63,562 nucleotides of DNA, filler included, from Octopus bimaculoides (GCF_001194135.2; 4 parts of 4 records of this genome joined end to end with filler, not necessarily neighbours in it), one strand, 5' to 3'. Positions 1 to 13,480 are shown, counted from the whole stretch's first letter. Made by a program: numbers and translations. The notes: generated by a model not told the origin, from the sequence alone.

Positions 1-31
<31 letters not shown>

Positions 32-81
32 TATATAATATACATACAGTATTAGATATTTACATATATATGTACACAAGA

Positions 82-211
82 GTACTACATGAGTACCAAT
101 ATCGCTAAAGATAGAAGCGAAAAAATACAGACATGTTAGGAAAAAATATCGGTGGTACAGAAGTACTTTTTGACTACTATTTTTTTAACGATATAGGTAT
201 TCATGTAGTAC
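82..211. repeat. Small imperfect inverted repeat (28-bp arms), MITE-like
   Basis: gtactacatgagtaccaatatcgctaaa (82-109) is the reverse complement, with 3 mismatches, of tttaacgatataggtattcatgtagtac (184-211). Confidence 0.5.
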
Positions 212-681
212 CGTTGTGTATATATATGTACATATCTGATGTTGTATGTATATATTTTATCAACTTGCCTGTACGACTGATAATTCGCTTACCATTCATG
301 ATGGTATTTTAATATTATCCCTATATATATATATATATATNNNNNNNNNNGCATCACTAAAACTCAAGAACTACCTGATCGATATCTTTCAAATTTTTCA
401 CATGCCCTAATTAAGGTCCATGCAGCGTCATGGGCGAAAAGAATCTCAAATTCTTGTCTAATGCCAGCCCAGAGTAATCTCTTATCTCTTACACTATTTC
501 AGTATTACATGTCAAAAGTGAAACGATAACATCTCTCTTTATTGTATTGTGAGATACTTTCACTTTTAATAGTGAAACCATTAATATTTTCACTTTGTGT
601 ATATATATTAGTTTCATTACTTTTACTATACTATATTTATGTATGGATATGCATTTCTATGTATGCATGTATATGTATATA

Positions 682-1929
682 CACAGACATACAGGACGTA
701 AATAGACACCTTCAATTTTCAAAATTTCTGATTTAAGCGTCTTAATATTTAATTATTCTTTTTTATTTCAGGTGCCATTATATTAAACATTTGCGAAGTG
801 TAACCATATCACGCACAAAAAATTCAGCAGAACTGTCAGATTTTCAAAGAGGTCGTATTGTTGGGCAATCTGAGGCTGAACTTAGCCAGCGGAAATTGCC
901 GAAAATCTTCAAATTTCTTTTGCTACTGTTAATAGAATTATCGTGTAATTCAAAAGCCAAGGAAACGAATCAACAGAGTCTCGTCCCGCCCACCTGGGCC
1001 TTCAGAAAGGAAGCTTCATTGTTTGAAGAGAATTTTGGAAAACGAACCCCGTTTGAAGGCTTTTGACATTGCAAAATAGTTAGAAGTTAGTCCAAGAACG
1101 TGTTACAAATCTGCATAAGCTTGGGTATTATGGACGAGCAGCTAAAAGAAAACCTCTCCTTCAACCAATTAATATGATGAAAAGAAAGATATTGCGCTAA
1201 GGAGATGTCAGAAAAATCCAGTTCATTTGGGATAGAGTGATTTTCTCAGATGAATCGAGATTTGCATCATTTTCAGACAGTGGACATGTTTGGGTCTGAA
1301 GGCTTCCCGATGAAGAATTTTATTTGAAGTGACTCCAACCAATTGTGAAACATGGCGGTATCTCTGTAATGGTATGATGAGCTGTCACCATCAATGGTCG
1401 TTCTGAGCTGATTGAATGTGTTGGATCCAAAAACTCTGAAAAATACATCGAAATACTTAAGCAAGGACTACTTCCGATGTATAAGTATGATAACATAACG
1501 AAAAATGTGTTTTTATTCATGGAAGATGGGGCTCCATGCCACAAAGCCAAAAGGAATCTACAATGGCTGACTGAAAATGGGATCAAAAATTTTCCTTGGT
1601 CGAACCAATCTCCAGACATGAGCCCAATTGACAATCTTTGGAGCATACTAGATAGAGCTATAAGAAAAACTCGACAGAAGCCTAAATCTAAAGATGAATT
1701 GTTTCGATTGCTCCGTGAAAAGTAGGCAAAAATTCCATAAAAGACAATCACAAAGCTTATCAGTTCAATGCCAAAAAGAGTTTCTGAATAAAAAACTGCA
1801 AAGGGAATGACAACGAAATACTAAAGTAATGTAGTCCTACCTATCGATTACATTTCAATTGTTCGCTTTGCGTATTATATAAATGATCTTGGAAATTAAA
1901 GGTGTCTATTTACTTCTTGCATGTCTGTG
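682..1929 (+). mobile_element. Tc1-family DNA transposon, full length (1248 bp), decayed
   Basis: Imperfect TIRs cacagacatacaggacgtaaatagacacc / ggtgtctatttacttcttgcatgtctgtg, flanked by TA at 680-681 and 1930-1931; internal transposase remnants. Confidence 0.92.
806..1824 (+). pseudogene. Tc1 transposase pseudogene
   Basis: N-terminal ELSDFQRGRIVG; WDRVIFSDESRF (first D); FMEDGAPCHKAK (second D); QSPDMSPIDNLW (third residue); C-terminal KGMTTKY*. The likely start codon reads ATA at 806, and there are several stops and frameshifts. Confidence 0.9.
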
Positions 1930-3049
1930 TATATATATAAGTATGCTTACATATGTATATGTATATGTATATATACAAGTATATATATTTATATAAATAA
2001 GGATAAGATCGTTATTCAAAATACTGATCTTATTAGGTGGCCAGCATGGGAATAAAAACTTTAAAGGTACTAATTATTATTAAAATTATAATTAAGGGTA
2101 TCTAAGAGATACAAGCCATGTTAGATATAGCAGCCAAAACGTAACTCTCAAACCACATTAAATATTCACACAGCACCAGGAAAAAAGACAAAAAGACAAA
2201 ATAAACTGGCAAATAAAAATTACTGCATACTTTAAACTGGTCGTGTGCATGCGTGCATAAATATGTATGTATACGTTCGTATATATAAGTATTCGTTTGA
2301 TGTATATATATAGTTATGTATATATATGTATGTATATTTATGTATATATACATATGTGTGTATATATGTATATACATATACATGTACATATATGTATATA
2401 TATAGGTGTATATATATGCATGTATATGTATGCATATATGTGTATATATATATGCATATGTATGTGTATATGTGTATATATGTATATATGTGTATATATA
2501 TATGCATANNNNNNNNNNNNNNNNNNNNNNNNNNNNNNNNNNNNNNNNNNNNNNNNNNNNNNNNNNNNNNNNNNNNNNNNNNNNNNNNNNNNNNNNNNNN
2601 NNNNNNNNNNNNNNNNNNNNNNNNNNNNNNNNNNNNNNNNNNNNNNNNNNNNNNNNNNNNNNNNNNNNNNNNNNNNNNNNNNNNNNNNNNNNNNNNNNNN
2701 NNNNNNNNNNNNNNNNNNNNNNNNNNNNNNNNNNNNNNNNNNNNNNNNNNNNNNNNNNNNNNNNNNNNNNNNNNNNNNNNNNNNNNNNNNNNNNNNNNNN
2801 NNNNNNNNNNNNNNNNNNNNNNNNNNNNNNNNNNNNNNNNNNNNNNNNNNNNNNNNNNNNNNNNNNNNNNNNNNNNNNNNNNNNNNNNNNNNNNNNNNNN
2901 NNNNNNNNNNNNNNNNNNNNNNNNNNNNNNNNNNNNNNNNNNNNNNNNNNNNNNNNNNNNNNNNNNNNNNNNNNNNNNNNNNNNNNNNNNNNNNNNNNNN
3001 NNNNNNNNNNNNNNNNNNNNNNNNNNNNNNNNNNNNNNNNNNNNNNNNN

Positions 3050-3086
<37 letters not shown>

Positions 3087-3087
<1 letters not shown>

Positions 3088-3700
3088 TAGCAGGTAAGCC
3101 CGGTTTCACTCGGTTTATTTGGAGATGATGTGGCTGTAAAACTTGCTCTCTGTAAGCATTCAACTTGTTGGGGTACGCTCACCTTAAAAAACGTAGAATG
3201 ACGTTTTTCTGTCAAAACGCTAAAAAGAACGGACCAACAAATGAACCAAGATTCAACCAAATCAAAAACTATACCCAAATACTAAGCGAACAAATTTGAA
3301 CCATCCCACTTCCATTGCGCGCGCACACACATGCACGCACAAACATACACACACGCACACACACCCAGAGGCACAAACACATTCACGTACTCCCTTTTAA
3401 ACATACACACGCATATATTAACACAGAATTTGAATGCTCACCCCTTTCTTCCTTAGTCATCTATCACCCCTTCCTTTCTCATTCATAAACACAAGAGCAT
3501 TATTATAGTAGATTATCTCGGTAACCATGGGAGCTATGAAAAAGGTACAAAGCGCAGCATCACCAATGGATCATTCTACACATCTGTGTAATTTTTCGCG
3601 CAATTCCACGCAACTGTTTGACCGTGAATCCCAAGACCAAAGGAATCGCCCATGTCAAATTTATGTGTGAAAATCCTACACGATTAGGTGAAAAGCGCTT
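3087..3700 (-). mobile_element. Helitron/Helentron-like non-autonomous element fragment
   Basis: Terminus ctagcaggtaagcccggtttcactcgg is the reverse complement of a ..ccgggc..ctgCTAG Helitron-type 3' end, related to termini at 17596 and 59153. The right boundary is approximate. Confidence 0.35.
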
Positions 3701-4322
3701 TATTTAGTTTATAAAACATGTGACATTAATAAAAATCTGTAAATGTACAAACATCCAGATTTCTGAGTACCTTAATTTTTTTCTATAATATAATTTCTGT
3801 ACNNNNNNNNNNNNNNNNNNNNNNNNNNNNNNNNNNNNNNNNNNNNNNNNNNNNNNNNNNNNNNNNNNNNNNNNNNNNNNNNNNNNNNNNNNNNNNNNNN
3901 NNNNNNNNNNNNNNNNNNNNNNNNNNNNNNNNNNNNNNNNNNNNNNNNNNNNNNNNNNNNNNNNNNNNNNNNNNNNNNNNNNNNNNNNNNNNNNNNNNNN
4001 NNNNNNNNNNNNNNNNNNNNNNNNNNNNNNNNNNNNNNNNNNNNNNNNNNNNNNNNNNNNNNNNNNNNNNNNNNNNNNNNNNNNNNNNNNNNNNNNNNNN
4101 NNNNNNNNNNNNNNNNNNNNNNNNNNNNNNNNNNNNNNNNNNNNNNNNNNNNNNNNNNNNNNNNNNNNNNNNNNNNNNNNNNNNNNNNNNNNNNNNNNNN
4201 NNNNNNNNNNNNNNNNNNNNNNNNNNNNNNNNNNNNNNNNNNNNNNNNNNNNNNNNNNNNNNNNNNNNNNNNNNNNNNNNNNNNNNNNNNNNNNNNNNNN
4301 NNNNNNNNNNNNNNNNNNNNNN

Positions 4323-4500
4323 ACCATCACTGCTTGACAACCGATGTTACTGTGTTTGCAATTACATAACTTACCAGTTCGGCAAAAGTTACTCATAGAA
4401 TAATTACTAGGCTTACAAAGAATAAATCTTGTGGTCGATTTATTCAACCAACGGTGGTGCTCCAGCATGGCCGCAGTCACATTACTGAAACGATAAAAAA
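4323..4500 (+). mobile_element. SINE family A, 3' half
   Basis: ccatcactgcttgacaaccgatg...ggtgctccagcatggccgcagtc...actgaaac matches the tail of the copy at 61230-61445; it begins right after an N gap. Confidence 0.75.
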
Positions 4501-4926
4501 AATACTATGCTATTTTAATCCTGATCAAGGACTGAAAAGTATGTATATAATATTCATGCTGCTTATTATGAGAGAAATAATGAGCTTATATCCCGATGTC
4601 ATAATGCTGTGATAATCTAAGATCATTCATATTGTGTCCATTGTTAAAATTGAAAGGGAAAGATTATGTTACTTCGGAAATTTTATGTTAGGTATTACAT
4701 TTATTACTATACTAATTCATTTTTTTCCTTCTGTTATTTTGATATCGTTTTACCATTTCTAACTTTGAAACACTTATCAGCTTTCTTTCCCTTTGCCAGA
4801 AAATAATTTCCTGCTCTCATCGCTAAATACGCAGGTACGTTAAATATTGGCTTTGAATGATCATCATGTAATAGCAATCTTCTAATAGCGATTGTCGTTA
4901 AGTAGTACACACACACTCGCACGTGA

Positions 4927-4999
<73 letters not shown>

Positions 5000-7125
5000 A
5001 CTCAGACGTGTTTATATTTGAATAAATAAGTAACATTTGATACAATGAAATTAAAGACCTTTTTCATTTAATGACTACATTTATATAAAATGTTACAGAT
5101 CTTTTTCTTTCCATATTCTGATATTACACAAAGAGAAATATACAATTCAGACGAAGATTTTAGCAACTGATTCATTCACAGTCACACAGATTCATTCACA
5201 GATACACAATACAAGATTTCAAGAACCAATATCACATACTAAGAAACCATATTTTTAGTTAATATGCACTTTGATTTATAAATGCAATTATAATGTAAGC
5301 AATCATATTTGTTAAAGTAATGCATTCTTTAACGCACTGTTTCTATTCTATTGAAGTGATAAGAAATACATTTATTTAATTCTCTTAAAACCACATCAGT
5401 GCAGAATCGATAACAACTATTATTCAAGAACAATATAGAATTAAAACCACTACCAGGTAACTATACGATAAGATCTATATGCGAACATAGCAATATTCTA
5501 AATTTTCTATAGCAGTAGCGGGAAATTGAAAAAAGAGAAACTTTCATGTAATCTTTAATGAAATTATAGTTAGCTATTTAATGTTCAGTTAATTCATCTG
5601 TTCAAAGAGTATACGTTTTTTAGTCAAGGATCAGTGGAATATGTTAGTCATAGTGTTTGGACACATGGTATACATTTTCAAAATGTATACCAAAATGTAT
5701 ACTAAGTGAAACAAAGTTCGTTGAATTGTGAATATGCTCTAAATACAGGATAAAACATCTTTGGGTAGCTAGTAAAACCAAATGTTTTGACAGTTCTTAT
5801 GTTCATTCAATGAGCATACGGAATTAAGAGTTTTATAATAAATATAGAATTCGCCATATATATTGGAATAATGTACAAACTCAGCTTAAAGTGATGACTC
5901 AGTTGATTTACAGCAAGACAATATTGCAAAATAAAATTGTAAAATCAATTTGAGCGACGAAAATCAGCCTTAAAGACTACAGAAGTTTTGTCAGCCTTTA
6001 CAATTGAGACTTTCTAAATGACTGTGATCCCTTAGTAAAAGAATCCCTCATGTTTTTGTATATGTGAGATCCACACACCTAACTATTGAGCTTTCTCAAT
6101 AGCAGCTAAACAACAACGTAGTTTATGTCACCTCATTAAAAAGTGCTCTACCAAGCTGTTTTAAAGTAATCTTTTACTTTGCTTCATATTACATTTTGGT
6201 ATAGTTTATCGAATAGGAAGAAGGATTAAACATTTGTCAGTCTGAATACATCCCGGAGCCTTATCTAATATGAATTAGATGGATTTTTATATATCAATTC
6301 ACCTTTGCCCACTATTGTCTATATTCTTTATATTATGCATAAACGTCATCTTATATGTTGAAAAATGTTACCAATGGGTAAGTGAACAAACAGTGGTACT
6401 AATACATAAATAATGTAGCGTGATACTAGTTGATTCGTATATATAAGCAGGTTTATATATTATGTGCGGTGGCCGTTTCTTCGAGGTGTCGACCATTTAC
6501 ACTTTATTACACAGTGTTGCATCTTGCTGTATGTGTTTTTTGTTTTTGTTCCATTTTCTATAGGAGAGGTGGAGAAATGTTAAATGATAATAAGGTTACA
6601 GAACGAGTTCCGATTGAAAAATATTATAGAGGACGTTACTGTTTAAACCTCGAGTTGTATTATTGTTCCATAGTTCAGTCAGGTGAGTAAAAGTTTGTAA
6701 TCAGGTATGTCAATTTAGGTGTCTCAGCTTCAGTACGCGGGACTGCTTTTAAGTTTCACAAGAGTATGTAAGTATGGGGAAACTGGCGTTTAATATTTGT
6801 TGATGATATTTGAACGCTATTTTGAACATTTATTCTGTTTGTTTTGCGAAGATAGAGTGCAGAAAAGCATGTAAAACTTTCGTTTCAGGTGTGTATTTTT
6901 AGGTGTATCAGTGTCAGTTCATGGTGTTGTTTAGAATTTGCTTGTTTAGTATTCAGCATATAAATAGGTTAAGGTTTAGTAAGTCTGCTGATATCTTACT
7001 GGAATTTAATTATTATTGATCTTTTTTCATTGCTATTTAGAAAAACCAAGTAATTGACAATATTTACTGCATTAGGTTTCAAGAGCAGTTATTTTTAATT
7101 ACTTCCATAATATATTATTTTACAA

Positions 7126-7569
7126 CAGTGGTTCTCAAACATTTTTTTACCCATGGACCTCATTCTTTACAGTATTATTCTGATAGACCACTATAGTCAT
7201 TCAGGGATTAAAAACTAATATTATAGATAGTTCTTTCAAAATTCTTATTTTGTTATTCCCTCTTTCACTTATATAAGTTGAACTATGTACAATGTTGGAG
7301 GAAGAAACATAAGTGAATGAGGGAATAACAAAATAAGAATTTTGAAAGAACTATCTATAATATTAGTTTTTAATCCCTGAATGACTATAGTGGTCTACCA
7401 GAATAATACTCTAAAGAATATATATATATATATATATTTAAATCAAGATTTTTCATGGAACCTTAATGTACTATTGTGGATCCTCCAATTGACTGTTTTG
7501 CTTATATACCTCTCCCCGAATTTTATATGAACTCCTAGCGGTCATATGTACCCCGGTTGAGAACCACTG
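7126..7569. mobile_element. hAT (Charlie-like) MITE with internal inverted duplication
   Basis: TIRs cagtggttctcaa / ttgagaaccactg; flanks ttttacaa / ttttagac (degenerate 8-bp TSD); homologous to 57221-57571. Confidence 0.8.
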
Positions 7570-8518
7570 TTTTAGACCCATCCTTATAGGCGAATATATT
7601 ACTACAAATATGCATGTATATATCTACACGTGCATATGTATAGGAATATATGAGTAATTCGGTGTATTTATTGCAAGGTGACAGAAAACAAAACTTAATT
7701 TAGGTATTTATGTATATGTGTGTATGTACGGATATATGTATATAATGTTATGATTTATGGAGAGAAAGTAGATCTGAAATATATTTTCATAGAATATTAA
7801 TGTAGTCTAATATAAATATCATCATTCAAAAGTTCTTTTTATTTTATTTTTTTTATCAAAATCGTGTACATAACAATTCAATAGCTACCACACCAAACGT
7901 CGATATCGAACAATTTCTTTTAAGAAAAATATCCACAAATTGAATATTATTACTTAAATTAATTCCTAAACGATTTCTTCTACAGGCAAATAATTATTCA
8001 TGAGTTTGTTACTATATTTAATGTTCTAGAATATAATGCGTTATCAAAAGATGGCGTATTTAATTATTTAGACTAGATTAATAATTCCGGAAAATATTAA
8101 AGTGCACTCCGATCATACAACGTTCCTAGCATTCTTCTTCAAATAATTATAGCCGTAAGTGTATTTTTCTGAAATAGAGATGAACTAAGTGAATAATGAG
8201 AAGGTGGAGCCATTAGATTAGTTCAGAATATGAAATACTCACTGGAGTCACGCGCTTGAATACTGTCAATTGCTATCGCCATATTTAAAGCATGAGATTT
8301 AAATAAATTAGAAATAATTTTGCAATGACGGAAACAATTTTATTTAACGTGCGCTACAACTTTCTTAGTTTTTGTCATGCACATTTTATTTTAAAAGCAC
8401 ATATTTCACTGTAGTGGCTGAGCTAGTAATAATCGAAGCACTTCATAGAAATGTATGTCAGCGTACATGAGGCTGAGAGACTGATTAATGTTTCTTCTTT
8501 CCAGCATCATCAATACTA

Positions 8519-9700
8519 GAAGGGTGGGCTGAAAAGTCTATAGGTTGACTATGAAGGAGTGATGTTACAGCGGTGAAATTTTGCATGCATTAACTTTAAC
8601 TCTTATTAATAACTGCATTGTTTCCTTCCTGGTAAACTTATATCTGACTCGTCTAAAAAGACTCCAAAACTAACTAACAGCGACATTTCTTGCAAAGGGA
8701 CAAGATATGGCATCGTGGTGTTATCATGTTCCGGCAGAAAAAAAGTTTTAGACACCAAGGACATTCATACTGCATCGCTAGTTACATTCGTTCATGAAGG
8801 CCCGACAGTGCAAAATTTGGCAGAAGGAATTTATGAAGGGAAGGAAAAGTCTTGAAGACAACCGAATATCTGTAACTTTTACATCTTACACCACCTCACA
8901 GTGACGAATGACAAGTGATTGACTATAAATCAAATATTCAATGCTATTAGTATATCACAAGAAAGAGTTGAAAATATTCTGCTCAATTAAGGAGGCATGA
9001 CGAAAGTTTCTGCCCGGTGAGTGCCACATCTTCTGTCATCTGATCAAAAGTGCACCAGGCTGATTGCATCACGGGAAATTGTTTGTAGCAGGTACAGCTG
9101 GTTTCTTTGAACGTTTTCTGAGCCATGATAAGTTTTCTGTTCATCACTTTGAATCAGATCAGAGACAAAGAGTCAATCTATGCAGTGGAAGCATCCTTCC
9201 TTAGCTGCCTCAAACAAGGCCAAAATTGTTTGAGGATAATTGTCTTAGATGTTTCAGATGCGAAAGTCGTGTTTATTCACTACGTTCAGAAGGGAGACGC
9301 CATAATGTAGAATAGTAATCAGACGCCTAGGAAAACTGACGAAAGGTGTCTTGTTTCATCTGGACTATGCTCAATCACACAAAGCCTGGCTTTTAATGGA
9401 TGATATGCATGAATGTGGCTTGGAACAGGTTCATCGCCGTCACTGTTGCCTTGATTTCTCTCTATCTCACAATCATCTGTTGCCCTACAGGAAAAGACAC
9501 TAAGCCGGGAACCAGTGCTGTCATCATCTCTGTTGTTGATGATTCATTTGGCTAACAGGATGAAAGCTCCCTCACTAATAATGTATGGACGGGAACACGT
9601 GTATGGACTGCAAATTGCACTATATTGAAAAATAAACCTCATTTGCTCACATTCCATGAGAGTGCCTTGGATAACCTATGAACTTTTCAGCCGACATTCG
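8519..9700 (+). mobile_element. mariner DNA transposon, decayed
   Basis: TIRs (ta)gaagggtgggctgaaaagt and ctatgaacttttcagccgacattcg(ta). Broken transposase motifs: ..EFMKGRKSLED.., MTKVSAR*VPHLL (WVPHLL), and remnants of HHFE..QSMQWKHP. Confidence 0.85.
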
Positions 9701-9864
9701 TACTTGGCTATTTATATACGACTGAACTGTTACACTAATGTGGTTTATATAAAATGGAGCGATGTCTTCTGTCAATTTCTAGATATACTAGTTCTCGATT
9801 ATTACTTTGTTCTTTTAAAGGTGACAAGCTGGAACAATCATAAGCATGCCAAACAGAATAGTTT

Positions 9865-10030
9865 ATGGCATTTCGTCTCTGTTTAAGTTCTGACTTCAAT
9901 TTCGGCTGAAGTTAACTTTACTTTTCATTCAGTCGATGTCGATAAAATAAGCTCTAGTTTAGTAGTTGGATCGTTGTAATCCATTATCCCCACACCTATA
10001 TATTCAGGCCTTGTGCCTATAGAAGATAGG
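9865..10030 (+). mobile_element. SINE family B fragment
   Basis: gttctgacttcaatttcggctgaagttaactttacttttcat...caggccttgtgcctatagaag, a diverged match to 63302-63516. Confidence 0.6.
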
Positions 10031-10438
10031 ATTAGTACGTTCTGTTTAGGTCGATGAAATAAGCTTTTGACACACACTAGAAGTGCAGTAAATAAACTGC
10101 TGGATCGTCAAAATCTCTAACATGTGCTGATGTCAGTGGAGAGTGTTAAATGTTATTTGAAGAGTTGTGTACTGGAGTGAAGCGAAATCATTTGTCGAAT
10201 ATATTAATGTCACAGCGTTTCTATACTCTGCATCGGGCTTATAATCGATCGTGTCGTTAATAATTAATACTTGTACACATGAAATGTTATCAACAACGAT
10301 CGACTAATACTTCACAAGAAATGCGACACTAATAAAGAATGATTAAGAAAATAAAATGTTTGAGAAAGTGTACAAACACCACATAAAGCACCGAGAATAA
10401 GATATACGGTATTCTCTTAGCATCATTATCTGAGCAGA

Positions 10439-10485
<47 letters not shown>

Positions 10486-12938
10486 CATGTGTGTATACAT
10501 ATATATACACATACACGCTCACACGCACGCACGCACGCATACACGCACACATACACAAACACACACGCATGCACGCGCGCGCGCATATATGCTTATGAAA
10601 AAGACACAAAGATCTACGTAGAATCACTCACGTAGCTTACATTGGGAGGCTGTCTTCTCTGCAGCCATAGGTTTAGAATGTACCTAAGTATTAAAACAAC
10701 ACTCTTCCGGAAACTTTCACCATAAGGGAAGAGGTTGAATGGAGTTAAGAATATAACGATTTTAATGAAAAAGTACACACTCAGAAAGCGATTAGAGTGC
10801 TTTTTTTTTGGGGGGGGTCTTTTGATATTGTCTCCCATGGATGGCAAAGAGGCTAAGCATGAAGTGGAAATTAATAGAGGGTCAACATACGTTCAGATAT
10901 TCAACAGCCTTGCAGGCACTTGCACTTGTCTCCTGTCAGATAATATCTCGATGGCACTATGTGCATGGGCATGCAACTTTTACATGTAATGAAGTACATA
11001 ATCAAAGAAATTCCGATAAACATCTGAATTCTTTTGAAGATTGTTGTGTGATAATTAGTTTCGATGAAAGTATTTCATAAATCCATAATATTCAACATTA
11101 TCTTGCTTTCACGACATCATCTTCAGAATGTGGAGTGTCAAAAGCATGATATGTGACTTGCAAATGTAACAATGAAACATCAGAGGGTAAAAACATCAGC
11201 AATGTAATTTGTAGAAATTGCATTTGTCTAATGCAAAAATGTAAGTCATACGTGATGGCAACACTTTACATAGCGATGATAGATATCATTCAGCATAATT
11301 TTGTTTTATCAAAACTGATCTGAGCTTAATTAACAGCAACATTTTCAAATGAGGCATAAATAAAAACATAGTAAGCCAAAGTTTTAATCTGATGTATTGC
11401 TTGATGAGTGATTATCAAATTCATAGTTCTAAATCTTAAGTCAAACAATATAAAGAAACGGCATTTGCGCGGAGACATAAAAATATAAAATAATAAAAAT
11501 AAATGCATAAACGCGTAAATTTCTACAAAGTATTTAATGCCACTGAAATAAAACACTATCGGTATCCTAACTACGAGCTTTTATCAGATATTTTATCTTT
11601 TTTTTTTTGATAATGGAAAGCACACAGGTTTTTTGGTTTCCACGATATAATTACGTCTTTTTAAAACGAATTCTACTTTCACAGAACAACTCACAGGCAA
11701 GCCTCAGAGACAAGGTAAGCTCATTATCGTAATTTGTATTTCATTTTTTAGTTACATTAGTATCCTTGTAGATTTTTGTTTACGAAAACAGCAAAAGTTC
11801 AATCAAACATGCGCACGCGCACACACACACGCACACACACAAGTAATATATTTATATAATTTGTACGTAAATATTTTAGCTGCTTTTTAATAAAGCATAT
11901 TACTCTACCTCTGGTATTCGTGTATTTTTTGCATTTATGTGCTTACTCTGGTATATATATAATATATACATACATANNNNNNNNNNNNNNNNNNNNNNNN
12001 NNNNNNNNNNNNNNNNNNNNNNNNNNNNNNNNNNNNNNNNNNNNNNNNNNNNNNNNNNNNNNNNNNNNNNNNNNNNNNNNNNNNNNNNNNNNNNNNNNNN
12101 NNNNNNNNNNNNNNNNNNNNNNNNNNNNNNNNNNNNNNNNNNNNNNNNNNNNNNNNNNNNNNNNNNNNNNNNNNNNNNNNNNNNNNNNNNNNNNNNNNNN
12201 NNNNNNNNNNNNNNNNNNNNNNNNNNNNNNNNNNNNNNNNNNNNNNNNNNNNNNNNNNNNNNNNNNNNNNNNNNNNNNNNNNNNNNNNNNNNNNNNNNNN
12301 NNNNNNNNNNNNNNNNNNNNNNNNNNNNNNNNNNNNNNNNNNNNNNNNNNNNNNNNNNNNNNNNNNNNNNNNNNNNNNNNNNNNNNNNNNNNNNNNNNNN
12401 NNNNNNNNNNNNNNNNNNNNNNNNNNNNNNNNNNNNNNNNNNNNNNNNNNNNNNNNNNNNNNNNNNNNNNNNNNNNNNNNNNNNNNNNNNNNNNNNNNNN
12501 NNNNNNNNNNNNNNNNNNNNNNNNNNNNNNNNNNNNNNNNNNNNNNNNNNNNNNNNNNNNNNNNNNNNNNNNNNNNNNNNNNNNNNNNNNNNNNNNNNNN
12601 NNNNNNNNNNNNNNNNNNNNNNNNNNNNNNNNNNNNNNNNNNNNNNNNNNNNNNNNNNNNNNNNNNNNNNNNNNNNNNNNNNNNNNNNNNNNNNNNNNNN
12701 NNNNNNNNNNNNNNNNNNNNNNNNNNNNNNNNNNNNNNNNNNNNNNNNNNNNNNNNNNNNNNNNNNNNNNNNNNNNNNNNNNNNNNNNNNNNNNNNNNNN
12801 NNNNNNNNNNNNNNNNNNNNNNNNNNNNNNNNNNNNNNNNNNNNNNNNNNNNNNNNNNNNNNNNNNNNNNNNNNNNNNNNNNNNNNNNNNNNNNNNNNNN
12901 NNNNNNNNNNNNNNNNNNNNNNNNNNNNNNNNNNNNNN

Positions 12939-12970
<32 letters not shown>

Positions 12971-13297
12971 CATGTATGTATGTACTTACGGATACATGTA
13001 TGTTTGCGCATCTAACTTCAACAGTACACAGTATTCGCAAAAAAAAATAGAACAATTATGAAACTGCTCAAGTCTGTAGGCACTGGCAAGTAGAATTAAA
13101 TGTAACTGATTTCCCACTGGCATCAATTAATTCCATTTCATGTGTATAATTAGTGATATTCTGTAATGAAAAAGCACATAGGACAACACATAAAGCATAA
13201 TCACAGAATAATTGACCATTATATCCCAATGTATCGGTGACTGTTTATGTCGGTTTCCTCACCTAACATATATTCCTCAACTTTAATATTTACTGCA

Positions 13298-13480
13298 TGC
13301 GGCAGGCTGGCAGAATCTTTAACTCGCCCGGCAAAATGCTTTCCGGTATTTAGTCCGCCTTTGCGTTCTGCCATCGAACCCCGCCGCTGTCGACCTTGTG
13401 TTTCATCCTTTCGGGGTTGATGAAATATTTCCTGTTGAACAATGGGGTCGATGTAATCAATTTAACCACTTACCCAAAAT
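13298..13480 (+). mobile_element. SINE family B
   Basis: gcggcaggctggcagaatc...ggcaaaatgcttt...gtcgacc...tttcatcctttcggggttgat...ggggtcgatgtaatc. Confidence 0.75.

Noticed and set aside
351-529. Frame of about 58 open codons after a gap (ITKTQELPDRYL...)
   Set aside because: No recognisable motif, no start or acceptor visible, and no partner exons.
2102-3163. Long ORFs (IYIY/HTHT/X-rich) here and at 11900-13061, 52371-53468, 60438-61420 and elsewhere
   Set aside because: They arise from dinucleotide microsatellites and N gaps, which contain no stop codons.
6561-6682. Exon-like segment ttttctatag|...tcag|gtgagt
   Set aside because: No recognisable peptide and no phase-linked partner; it cannot be supported without RNA data.
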